This document shows, one piece after another, positions 46,792-55,570 of a stretch of DNA of 64,000 nucleotides (positions are counted from its first letter, which is position 1; each line of letters opens with the position of its first letter). The DNA comes from a virus (Duplodnaviria > Caudoviricetes), in IMG/VR virus record IMGVR_UViG_2851419669_000001, positions 1,454 through 65,453 of that record; one strand, given 5' to 3'. The position numbers and the translations under genes are program-made. Under the pieces are notes generated by a model, which did not search any database, was not told the DNA's origin, and saw only the letters and a list, made by a program, of their open reading frames with translations.

Positions 46792-47007
46792 TTAATCACC
46801 TCTTTGCTTTTCATAATTAATTAGCAAGGCCAGCAGAATCATGGCTATACCAGCCAATATTAACCCCGCTTGCCAGCTGAACCAGCAACCAAAACCAATC
46901 ACTAAGCAGATTAAGCCAAGCACCAACAAGATTGTTTGTACATAATTAGAACAGATCTGCCGCAGTCGCTGTTTTGTAGTAATCTTCTGCATGCTGTTGA
47001 TCCTCAC
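46792..47007 (-). CDS. Small membrane protein between terL and portal
   Basis: Two TM helices; start uncertain. Confidence 0.6.
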   Translation of the reverse strand: MRINSMQKITTKQRLRQICSNYVQTILLVLGLICLVIGFGCWFSWQAGLILAGIAMILLALLINYEKQRGD

Positions 47008-48649
47008 TTTCTTGGTAATAGTCCATACCAGCTACAAATGCGTTAATCAACGCCGCAATCGGGTCAATCCGGTTACTATTACGGGCTTTATCCAGTTGCC
47101 AACCATTGTTTATCACTTTCAAGATGGCGTTATTGACCGCATAAGCGAGAATCTTATTGCCGTTATGTTTAATCTTGTCATCGTAAAGCTGATCACGGAA
47201 ATTACGAGTTGGAATATTCAAAGTCTTGGTGCCTTGTCGCACTTCAAACAGTGGGTAGCTTAATTTCTCGAATTTTGTAATTAACGTTTGCGCGTTATAC
47301 GGGTCATAAGCGATTGCTTTCACTTTCCAGTTGTATTTCCCGACCAGTTTTTGTACAAAATCAAATAGATTGTCATAATCAATAATGCCACTATCTAATC
47401 GGGTGATACTACACTCACCCGCCCGTTCCATTGACCTGTAATCAATGCCATCACGTTTAATCTTAGAATCAAGGCCGTATTTAGTCCCCACAAATGAATG
47501 ACTGTCACAATAAAACTGACCGTTACCAATTGGAACGAGCCAACTAACCGCGGTTAAGTCATTACTTTTTGATAAATCAATGCCAATATAGGCGTCACGA
47601 TTATGTAAGTCGGGCACCTTTGCCAATTTACCAGCGGCCCAATCGTCTGCTGAAATATAACTGTCCTCGCTGGCTTGCAACCACATGTTGAAGTTCTTAA
47701 CCAGTATTGGAATGAGATTATTTTGTTTAATGGCAAGGTCAACGTCAGCCTGAATCTTTTCCGTCATGCGTTGTTTAACGTGTGGTTCACTGAACAACGG
47801 GTTGGCCTTAATCCAATTGGCTTGATCGTAAACTTCTTCGCGGTCGTCCAGTTCCCATATTGCCACAAAATAACGGTCAGCTTCGGTTTTCCCCTTTAAA
47901 ACGTCCGTCAGCATGTCATATTCGGCGTGCATTGGGACGTTAAGGTTAAGACCCGAGGTGGAAATAACCGCCAGCAGGGAGTTATCTTCTTGTGCTTGAC
48001 CAGACTTTAAAACGTTGTACACTTTGCGGTCTTTAGCTTCGTGCCATTCATCTAAAATAACGGTCGTCCCGGCATAACCATCAAGCGTACTGGTATCACT
48101 GGCAAGGGCCAAGGCTTGCGAATCAGTTTCTAAGTCAGTAATGGCTTGCTTCTGTACCTTAATTCGTTGCCGCATGTACTTCGATTGCTTGCGGACTTGC
48201 CGTAACCCACTTGAAAGCATGTCATAGCCCAATTTAGCTTGTTTAAGTGCGTTGCTGACGAATAATACTTGTCGGTTGCGGGCGGGCTGACGTTCTCTTA
48301 AAAGGCCATTAGCGGCCATGCCAGAAGCCAGATAGGTTTTACCATTCTTACGGGCCATACTAATAAACGCCCGATCATAGCGGCGGTTACCAGTAGTTTT
48401 TTCGCGCCAGCCATACAGTTCGCTAATAATCCATTTTTGAAATGGTTGCATGGTGAGTTGGCTACCGTCAGTCTTAGGCATTAATTCGATAAATTTGACC
48501 GCCTGTGCCGCTTTGTCTTCGTCGTAGTAGAACGGGAAGCTGTCGTCCTTAGAACGGCTTAAATCGCGTTTAAATCGCTCACACGCCCATTTGATTTTTT
48601 GACCAGCCAACACTTGACCCGATAACACTTGGTCAACATATTCAATCAT
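46946..48649 (-). CDS. terL: Terminase large subunit (cos/HK97 type)
   Basis: ARKNGKT, ILDEWH, GIDLSKSNDLTA, RIDPIAALINA. Confidence 0.95.
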   Translation of the reverse strand: MIEYVDQVLSGQVLAGQKIKWACERFKRDLSRSKDDSFPFYYDEDKAAQAVKFIELMPKTDGSQLTMQPFQKWIISELYGWREKTTGNRRYDRAFISMARKNGKTYLASGMAANGLLRERQPARNRQVLFVSNALKQAKLGYDMLSSGLRQVRKQSKYMRQRIKVQKQAITDLETDSQALALASDTSTLDGYAGTTVILDEWHEAKDRKVYNVLKSGQAQEDNSLLAVISTSGLNLNVPMHAEYDMLTDVLKGKTEADRYFVAIWELDDREEVYDQANWIKANPLFSEPHVKQRMTEKIQADVDLAIKQNNLIPILVKNFNMWLQASEDSYISADDWAAGKLAKVPDLHNRDAYIGIDLSKSNDLTAVSWLVPIGNGQFYCDSHSFVGTKYGLDSKIKRDGIDYRSMERAGECSITRLDSGIIDYDNLFDFVQKLVGKYNWKVKAIAYDPYNAQTLITKFEKLSYPLFEVRQGTKTLNIPTRNFRDQLYDDKIKHNGNKILAYAVNNAILKVINNGWQLDKARNSNRIDPIAALINAFVAGMDYYQESEDQQHAEDYYKTATAADLF

Positions 48650-49119
48650 GATAACATCGCCTCAAAAGTATCTTCGGGTGTTTCATCTTTTTGCTTGTTT
48701 AATTCCATGCGAGCCCGGCTCGATAGCGACATGCCTAAATCATTGGCTAAGGCTTTTAAATCTTTCATCGCTTGTGACTGCAAGGCCACGTAAGGGTTCG
48801 GCTTACGTACACCAGTCTCTTGATTAGTTTGTACCAGCCCGTTCTTACGAATATCATTCTCGCAAGTCTGTACTGTTGCATAAGCGCGGCAATAACTGGC
48901 TAACATGGCCCGATCAAGTTCACTAATTGGGGTATTGGCCTTTAAATAAGGCGCTACCCGTTGCCATTCAGTCAAGGCCCGATCATGTAACCAATCTGGT
49001 GGGGTTAAATCAAGCACCGGATAATCAAATAACGCTTTTTCAGCGTCCTTACGTTGATCACGCTCATCATTGGTTAAATGTTTCTTCATACTAGCTAAGG
49101 CTTTTACTTTTTGGCTCAT
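48646..49119 (-). CDS. terS: Terminase small subunit, P27 family
   Basis: PP.WL...A..EW.R, L..YC, NP, LGMS.SSR. Confidence 0.9.
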   Translation of the reverse strand: MSQKVKALASMKKHLTNDERDQRKDAEKALFDYPVLDLTPPDWLHDRALTEWQRVAPYLKANTPISELDRAMLASYCRAYATVQTCENDIRKNGLVQTNQETGVRKPNPYVALQSQAMKDLKALANDLGMSLSSRARMELNKQKDETPEDTFEAMLS

Positions 49120-49382
49120 TCGGAGCACTCCTTTCGTTTAAATTTACGTACCAAAAAGCCCCCACGGGTTAGACCCATAGCGGCTGATTGATACATATAT
49201 CCAGAATTCTTTTATTATACCTATATTATCGCACATATCTCTAAAAAGTGCAATTAATAACATGTATATATTTACACGTTACCCCCTGACTGGCTATTTG
49301 TTTAAATTTCGCATTATTTAAATTTCGCATTATTAGTAGGGATATTTCACAATCCAGCAAAATCAGCAAAAAATCAAAGCTC

Positions 49383-49447
49383 AAAAGGGACTTTTATAAA
49401 CACAAAAGTATGCTGTCCGCTCCCTCCGTGTCGACCATAGCCCCCCA
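49383..49447 (-). other. Putative cos packaging region
   Basis: GGGGGG...GGAGCGG motif between HNH and terS, the usual cos location in HK97-type Firmicute elements. Confidence 0.45.
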
Positions 49448-49492
49448 TATCAACGTTTCTGGGCTGTCATGCTGTTTTGAATTAGTCTCGTA

Positions 49493-49705
49493 GCGCAAAA
49501 TTGAGCCGCCAACTTGGATTGCTCGCTCGGCCGAAAAATCGGCGCAGTCCATTGCCAATTTTGGCAACGTAGACGCAAAATGCGGGTTGGTTAACTTGGT
49601 CGAAAATTTCGACTCAGTAGCTCGGCTGAAAGTTCAACGCAGTATTGCGCAGATCTACTACTCAATATGAATCTTGAATTGTGGGTATAAAATTGCGACT
49701 CACAA
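49493..49705. repeat. Cluster of diverse short palindromes
   Basis: GCCGAAAAATCGGC, TTGCCAATTTTGGCAA, CGCAAAATGCG, GTCGAAAATTTCGAC and others, closely packed. Confidence 0.65.
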
Positions 49706-50118
49706 ATTGTTTTCTCGCTTTCACGTGATATAATTAACTTAACTGTCAGGTTAATTATCATAGATGCAAGTGGTCGCCTTAACGGGCGGCTTTTTGTTTA
49801 CCTATCTAAGCTAAGCTTAGGTAGCACAAGCAACCTGTCACGTCATCTTAGCGGGTCAGCTAGTGCACCAAGTTAGTGCGTTGTGCCAGTTAATGTTCCA
49901 CGTTGTGCCACGTGTGTACCACGTTAGTCCACTTTGAAAACGTTGATATATCAATGGTTGTGCCACGTGTTCCACGTGTTCCACGTTAATATGAACATTT
50001 ACAATTATAGTAGTAATGATAGTAAGCCAGCGTACCAAGTTAGCACGTTAGGGTCGTAACTTGCGACCGCAGACACTAAAAAAGTGCCGCGCCTTTCAGC
50101 ACGACACTCATTGGTCAT

Positions 50119-50514
50119 TTAGTTGAGCGGAGTTTTCCGCTGTTCTCTAACCAATCCCGTTTTTCGGTTGTGGTGTCGGTAGCACAATGGTTGTAGGTTG
50201 CTTTCATCTAAGCGACGTGACCAATCGTCTTTGATCTCAATAACGTGATCGACCACATCGGCTTTGCGGATCACCCCATCTTGGTAACATTGCACGCATA
50301 CCGGATTACTTTCAAGGAACCGCCGTGACAACTTGCGCCATGCTGACGACTTGTAGAACTGCTGGTACTTACTCTCGTCTGAATCGTACATACGTTTGTG
50401 GTAACGCCACTTGTTAGTTGCCTTGCGGTGCTTCTCACAGTATCGTACATCATAAGCAACTAGCGTCCGACAACCCGGGTGCTCACATTGTTTCATCGGT
50501 TTAGCCATGACCAT
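50119..50514 (-). CDS. HNH endonuclease (packaging-associated)
   Basis: FY.S..WR, C..C, VDH...I, NLQPLC..HHN.KT. Confidence 0.92.
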   Translation of the reverse strand: MVMAKPMKQCEHPGCRTLVAYDVRYCEKHRKATNKWRYHKRMYDSDESKYQQFYKSSAWRKLSRRFLESNPVCVQCYQDGVIRKADVVDHVIEIKDDWSRRLDESNLQPLCYRHHNRKTGLVREQRKTPLN

Positions 50515-50848
50515 TTACCTTGGTAAGTGTGACCACGTCATAGGCGTTCAGCTCGCTATCAGAACTAATACCAGCAACGCGATACGTAACCCCATCTAAT
50601 AACGCTAGTAGTGCTGTGGTAATACGTTCATCATGGCGCACCGCAATTAGCTGGTTAGTTGTCGCAGTCGTACCAGTAAGGCTAATCGTGTTGCTGATGG
50701 TCAACGTATATTCACCATACCAGACAGTGAACTGTGGCACGAATTGTTGCTTGGTTGTGCCGTTTATTAAATTTTCAACTGACTTAACGGTGCCAAACTG
50801 TACCCGCTCATTCAGGCGGCTTAGATTATAGTTCTTCATTGTCATCAC
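50501..50848 (-). CDS. Head-tail adaptor/head closure protein
   Basis: RL..RV.FG, F.VW, IAVRH, Y.V..I motifs. Confidence 0.75.
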   Translation of the reverse strand: MMTMKNYNLSRLNERVQFGTVKSVENLINGTTKQQFVPQFTVWYGEYTLTISNTISLTGTTATTNQLIAVRHDERITTALLALLDGVTYRVAGISSDSELNAYDVVTLTKVNGHG

Positions 50849-51137
50849 CTAACACTCCTGATTCGGGGTTATTGAACCAATCTAGTACCGCTTGGCTTTC
50901 CTCTTTGCGTAAGTCTGTTAGTGCCGGATTACCATTTTCTTTATACTGAACAATTGCCACGAAGTCAGGTTCTTCGGCTAAATTGTCTTTTGTATTTCGC
51001 GCAAATTGATAAATATTAAGAACTACCACTTCGCTCCCATTTCGTAAATATAAATGTTCAAGTTGGTCAGGTTCCCGAGTAATGAATAACTCACATTGCC
51101 CCATCTTATTATCATAGTCAATCATTCTAATTTTCAT
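50826..51137 (-). CDS. Hypothetical protein
   Basis: AAAGGA RBS, in operon. Confidence 0.6.
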   Translation of the reverse strand: MKIRMIDYDNKMGQCELFITREPDQLEHLYLRNGSEVVVLNIYQFARNTKDNLAEEPDFVAIVQYKENGNPALTDLRKEESQAVLDWFNNPESGVLGDDNEEL

Positions 51138-51160
51138 TATAGTTAGATCCTTTCTATATA

Positions 51161-51580
51161 TTAATCATCTAATTGTTCCAACATCTTGTACGCATTTTTG
51201 CGTTGTTCTTCATCGCTTAAAGGATTATTCAAAACTTGGCTTGAAACGTTTCGGATAACGTAGGCGTCAGCTAACCAACCTTGACTTGATTTCATAAAGT
51301 GATCGTCACTAAATTGTGCATAAATGGGGTACATGAGTTTTAAGTCTCTTAAAGTTTCTGGCTCATATTCTCCATCTTCATTTGGGGTAAAGCTCCCAAC
51401 CAATCCTTTATCTTTTGCTTTTTGAGTTGGCTCACCATTTTGATCTAAAGCACCTTCTTTAATCAAGGCTCTGTAAATACACGATTTTAATTCATTAACT
51501 CTATTTGAGACAATTGGTCCATATTGTTTAACGTAAATGTCAAAAGCTTGCTCAACTAAACTTGGATAAATTACTTTCAT
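51161..51580 (-). CDS. Hypothetical protein
   Basis: Start MKVIYPSLVEQ behind AGGA. Confidence 0.65.
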   Translation of the reverse strand: MKVIYPSLVEQAFDIYVKQYGPIVSNRVNELKSCIYRALIKEGALDQNGEPTQKAKDKGLVGSFTPNEDGEYEPETLRDLKLMYPIYAQFSDDHFMKSSQGWLADAYVIRNVSSQVLNNPLSDEEQRKNAYKMLEQLDD

Positions 51581-51584
51581 TTTT

Positions 51585-51713
51585 CCTTTTCCTCCTGTAC
51601 TGGAAATGTTTGTTTTAACGTGGTCCACGTGGTCCGGTGGTCCAAACGTTGATATATCAACGCTTTAAAGACCCCCTGACGTGGTCCATATGGTGGTCCA
51701 ACGTGGTCCACTT
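51585..51713. repeat. Putative satellite ori (6x GTGGTCC iterons around CGTTGATATATCAACG); copy 1 of a 129-bp inverted repeat
   Basis: Directly downstream of VirE helicase; reverse complement of 56761..56889. Confidence 0.8.
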
Positions 51714-51726
51714 AGTAAATTTCTGA

Positions 51727-53121
51727 TTAAACTTCGCGCATATACCCATGTAGACGTTGGCCATTCATTCTAATTCGTTGACTTTTCCAACCGTCCATAT
51801 TGTCCATTAACAACTTGATTCGCTTAGCTTCCGAGTTTGTTCGCCCGGTTAAATAACGATCAACTGTTTTATGGAAGACAACTTCCATAATTTCCCGAGT
51901 TGTTGTTTGATTGAGTAGTTTCCGTTCATTACTAACTTGATCTTGTAGCCACTTAGAATGATGGCCGTAGTCACTGACATAGCTTTGTTTTAAGCCGGTA
52001 CTCATGTTTTCCCAATCTGCGGGAACTTCCATTGCTAAAAACTCTTCGATGGCATCTCGCATAGGTTCGACAGCTTCCGCAGCCATCTGATACGCCTTAG
52101 CCTCTTTCATGGTGGCCTGATCCAGATATAGCGGTTCGCCATTCCTAAACCAGTACATGGCTTCCGCCAATACTTGAAGAATGTAATTCTCGTCCGGGTG
52201 CCATACATCTAATTTGGCCTTGTTGACCCCACATTTAATTGGATAAAAGCGCCGTTCACCGGTCGCATCCTTTAAATAGTCAGTTTGGTTAGTTGTGCCA
52301 ATAAATACGCATTTACGTGGGTGCGGTAACGCATAGCGGCCATAACTATTCCGATATGTGTCGGATTGTGCACTAATAAAATTTTTAATTCCCTCAATGT
52401 CCGTTTTCTTCATGGCGGAAAGCTCGGCAACTTCAATAATCCAACTACCTTGCAACTGTTGATAATCGTCTTTCTGCTTACCCATTCCTTTCAACGAATC
52501 ATTGAATTTATCCGGGTATAGATTCTTACCAGCCGTACTCTTGCCAAGTCCTTGGCTTCCCTCTAAGATAGGAACGATTTCAAACTTAACGCCGGGTTCA
52601 TAGGCCCGAGCAACAAGACCAGTTAGCCATTTCTTAGTGATGGTGCGGGTGTAATGATTATCTTCGGCACCTAAGTAATCAATGAAATAACGTTCAGCGC
52701 GTGGTTGGCCGTCCCATTCTACTGCCTCAATACGAGCCTTAACCGGATTGATTGTCTTGCGGCGTGCCTCTGTAACTACTGCGTCGGTAATGTTCTCCTT
52801 GCTGAATAACAAGTTATAATGATCTTCAATATAACTTCTCAATAACGTGTCATCACTATCATTCCAAAAACCTTTTTTGAACGGTGAATTTTCTGCTTGT
52901 GGTGTTTTAACGATTTGTTCCGAGAACTCGTCAAAGACAACTAGCCCTTTCAGCATTTCATCATGTTCCATAATTAAGCGGATATTGTAAAGAGACTGTG
53001 TTTTGATTCCATCGTCCGAATTCTTTTTGAAATCATTCTGCCAATCGGCGGCACGTTGCATTTTGATAACATTATTGGCCGCTTCTCGGGTCTCTGCTGG
53101 TAAATCCATTGCTTTACCCAT
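51727..53121 (-). CDS. VirE/VapE-family replicative helicase
   Basis: GSQGLGKST, WIIEVAEL, FIGTTN..DYLKDATGERRF. Confidence 0.92.
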   Translation of the reverse strand: MGKAMDLPAETREAANNVIKMQRAADWQNDFKKNSDDGIKTQSLYNIRLIMEHDEMLKGLVVFDEFSEQIVKTPQAENSPFKKGFWNDSDDTLLRSYIEDHYNLLFSKENITDAVVTEARRKTINPVKARIEAVEWDGQPRAERYFIDYLGAEDNHYTRTITKKWLTGLVARAYEPGVKFEIVPILEGSQGLGKSTAGKNLYPDKFNDSLKGMGKQKDDYQQLQGSWIIEVAELSAMKKTDIEGIKNFISAQSDTYRNSYGRYALPHPRKCVFIGTTNQTDYLKDATGERRFYPIKCGVNKAKLDVWHPDENYILQVLAEAMYWFRNGEPLYLDQATMKEAKAYQMAAEAVEPMRDAIEEFLAMEVPADWENMSTGLKQSYVSDYGHHSKWLQDQVSNERKLLNQTTTREIMEVVFHKTVDRYLTGRTNSEAKRIKLLMDNMDGWKSQRIRMNGQRLHGYMREV

Positions 53122-53921
53122 TAATGAACCCCCTTACTCTCTCGTTTTAAAATAGATTGAAAAATCACATTAACTTCCTTGCTTGGTAGTGCCGGATCAA
53201 CGAATGAATCATTGATCACTGACATCATGTTATAGACCGTCTTAGGATCAGCACCGACGCCAAACATTCGACCAGCAATTTTAGTTAACCAAGCGTTGCG
53301 ATTGCCTTGGGTTGTCCCGGTTACCATTTCATCTAACAAGCGACCGGTATACTTCTTTTGGCGTGTGGTATAGGCGTGTTCTGACGTCCAGTTCACTTTT
53401 TGGCCCGCCAACTTATCGACTAACCATTGAGGAGCCGGCTTAATATCAGCCAATGTTCGGCTATCTAAAGGTTTATATTGTTTACCATTAATTTCACTTG
53501 GTGCAATCACCGTGAAGTCACTTAACAAGTCAATCCCGGGCCAAACGTCAATTTTACGAACCTTAGCACCCGCGTATTTCAAAAAGTAATGTACGCCGCC
53601 GTTAGCCGTCCGTTCAATGTAGGTATCATTCGGCAACGTCTGTCCTTGCTTAAATAGTTGTGCCAAGCTAGTCCGACCATTTTTAGTTGGCTCGTGCATA
53701 TCAATATCAACAACCAATAAATCCGATAAATCTAGGCGCAAGCCTAAGTTGTAAGTCGGGTGATTTTTGAACCATGCAAAGATGGTGTTCTGGTCACTAG
53801 TTGCGGCTTGGTAGCCGGCCACTCCTTTCGGTGGCTTCTTCATATTCTCAATCAGTGGGTAAACCGCATAGCCTTGCTGCGCCAGCTCAATTGCTTTATC
53901 AAGCGTTGCGAACTCTTTCAT
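53121..53921 (-). CDS. Bifunctional primase/polymerase with PriCT domain
   Basis: G.AVYPL, VVDID.H, TANGGVHY, GNRN..L...AG. Confidence 0.9.
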   Translation of the reverse strand: MKEFATLDKAIELAQQGYAVYPLIENMKKPPKGVAGYQAATSDQNTIFAWFKNHPTYNLGLRLDLSDLLVVDIDMHEPTKNGRTSLAQLFKQGQTLPNDTYIERTANGGVHYFLKYAGAKVRKIDVWPGIDLLSDFTVIAPSEINGKQYKPLDSRTLADIKPAPQWLVDKLAGQKVNWTSEHAYTTRQKKYTGRLLDEMVTGTTQGNRNAWLTKIAGRMFGVGADPKTVYNMMSVINDSFVDPALPSKEVNVIFQSILKRESKGVH

Positions 53922-53934
53922 TGTTCATCACCAC

Positions 53935-54177
53935 CTAATCTTTGGGACAATAATCTTCGGGACAAATGTCATTGCTAACTTCTAACATCACACTAGCAAT
54001 ATTCAATAGATTACTTTCAAGGTTGCTTGATTGCTGGCTCTTAAAGAAATAGTCACACCAATCACTATCATATTTCGTAACAGTCATTGCCATTGATAAA
54101 TTATCAATACTTACTTTCAATGATTCCCACGCCGTTGCTAATTTTTCAGATTGTTCCATTAATTCTTTATTTGTCAT
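53935..54177 (-). CDS. Hypothetical protein
   Basis: ORF with RBS in replication operon. Confidence 0.6.
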   Translation of the reverse strand: MTNKELMEQSEKLATAWESLKVSIDNLSMAMTVTKYDSDWCDYFFKSQQSSNLESNLLNIASVMLEVSNDICPEDYCPKD

Positions 54178-54296
54178 TTTCCATTCTCCTTATTCGTGTT
54201 AAAATAAGGGAAAGCATATTTTTGATTATTTCTTCGACCTACTGCCGTCCAAAGCAAAGTAGGCCTTTTTTGTATGCTTTCCCATTAGACTTGACC

Positions 54297-54404
54297 TCAC
54301 ATTCCAAAATACCGACGCGGATTCTTGACTAACTTAAATGACACGTTGCCGACAAACGACACAATCATAAATTTGATTACCCATAAGATTGCTGTTGCTA
54401 TCAT
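54297..54404 (-). CDS. 35-aa hydrophobic peptide (not in ORF track)
   Basis: AAGGAGGTG RBS; MIATAILWVIKFMIVSFVGNVSFKLVKNPRRYFGM. Confidence 0.5.
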   Translation of the reverse strand: MIATAILWVIKFMIVSFVGNVSFKLVKNPRRYFGM

Positions 54405-54446
54405 GAAATCACCTCCTTAAAATTATTCTGCCCCCGCACGGTACAA

Positions 54447-54635
54447 TTAAATTTTATGTGCTTCCATGAACTTATCAGCGTCTAGTTGGTCAATACGTTT
54501 TGTACCGTTGATTGCAACTACTCGTAAACCCTGACCAATGTATTTGTACAGCGTGTTATATGATTTGATATTCAAGCACTCCATGGCTTGCTTATATGTC
54601 ATATATCTTGGAAAACTATTTTTCATATTCATCAT
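54447..54635 (-). CDS. Excisionase-like HTH protein
   Basis: YMTYKQA...L.I.SY.TLYK, RID..D...F. Confidence 0.75.
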   Translation of the reverse strand: MMNMKNSFPRYMTYKQAMECLNIKSYNTLYKYIGQGLRVVAINGTKRIDQLDADKFMEAHKI

Positions 54636-54819
54636 TTTTTCTCCTTAACCAAATTTCTAACTTACAATATGTTTGCGTAGTAACTTCGGTTTTTCGACTA
54701 TTTAATATGTCTGAAAGTGTCCATCTATTAACACCGCTCGAAATTGACATTTTTTTTACTGTGTCCATTCCCTTTGCTTTGACCAGTGACATGCGAAACG
54801 GTTTTGTGATCTTCATCAT
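54616..54819 (-). CDS. Cro-like HTH regulator
   Basis: SGVNRWTLSDILN; divergent from repressor. Confidence 0.7.
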   Translation of the reverse strand: MMKITKPFRMSLVKAKGMDTVKKMSISSGVNRWTLSDILNSRKTEVTTQTYCKLEIWLRRKNDEYEK

Positions 54820-54837
54820 ATACTACCCTCCTGACTA

Positions 54838-54899
54838 GCAACTTTTTGTTGACAAAATATATTATACGCAACTTTACGTTGCAGTCAACAAAAAGTTGC
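54838..54899. promoter_or_regulatory. Satellite switch operators
   Basis: 16-bp inverted repeat GCAACTTTTTGTTGAC/GTCAACAAAAAGTTGC enclosing GCAAC-N5-GTTGC. Confidence 0.7.
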
Positions 54900-54951
54900 A
54901 CTATGTTACTAAAAACTGTAAAATATTCCTGTATTAGGAAGTGATTAGACA

Positions 54952-55518
54952 ATGAATAAAATAAAAGAACTACGTCAATATATGGGGCTTTCACAAGCAG
55001 AACTTGCTGAAAAATTGAATGTAACTCGGCAATCTATAAGCCTATATGAAAAAGGTCAAAGAGTTCCACGTATTAATGTTTTGAAGAATATGGAAGCCAT
55101 TTTTGGCGTGCCGATAAGTTATATTCAAGGCCAGGCGACGTATTTATCACCTATAGATAAGGCTAATCTTGTTTCACAAAAAATTAAGTTTGGAAAAGAT
55201 GAGCAACTCTCTGTACTAACCCAAGTTCTTGATGATTCAAAAAAAGATGACGTTCAAAAACTAAAGAAACAACTTAACGATCTTGACAAAATTATTGATA
55301 CCCTTTCTGACACTACAATCAAAAGCTTATATACATCAGTTAATTTTTTGCTTGAGCTAGATCAGTCTGATGACTCACTACTACAGCAAGCATATTTTTC
55401 TCTAATTTCAAAATTAGAACTAGCTTTGAATTCAAAAACGGAAATATCAAGAAAATTTGCAGAGCATATATTTAAAGATTTTTTTAATCGTTTGAAAGAA
55501 TTTAGCTATAAAAAATAA
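54952..55518 (+). CDS. Stl-like XRE master repressor
   Basis: LSQAELAEKLNVTRQSISLYEKGQRVP. Confidence 0.88.
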   Translation: MNKIKELRQYMGLSQAELAEKLNVTRQSISLYEKGQRVPRINVLKNMEAIFGVPISYIQGQATYLSPIDKANLVSQKIKFGKDEQLSVLTQVLDDSKKDDVQKLKKQLNDLDKIIDTLSDTTIKSLYTSVNFLLELDQSDDSLLQQAYFSLISKLELALNSKTEISRKFAEHIFKDFFNRLKEFSYKK

Positions 55519-55570
55519 TTTTCCATACATAACACTGCCCCCGCACGGTACGTTATGGAGGAAATTATAA

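Noticed and set aside
49301-49332. 16-bp tandem duplication TTTAAATTTCGCATTA
   Set aside because: Two copies only; slippage or a terminase site, not distinguishable from sequence
49856-50038. 60-aa ORF with HVEHV repeats
   Set aside because: Translation of the iteron-like repeats
49490-51713. Possible CRISPR array in satellite repeats
   Set aside because: No constant repeat with regular spacers and no cas genes
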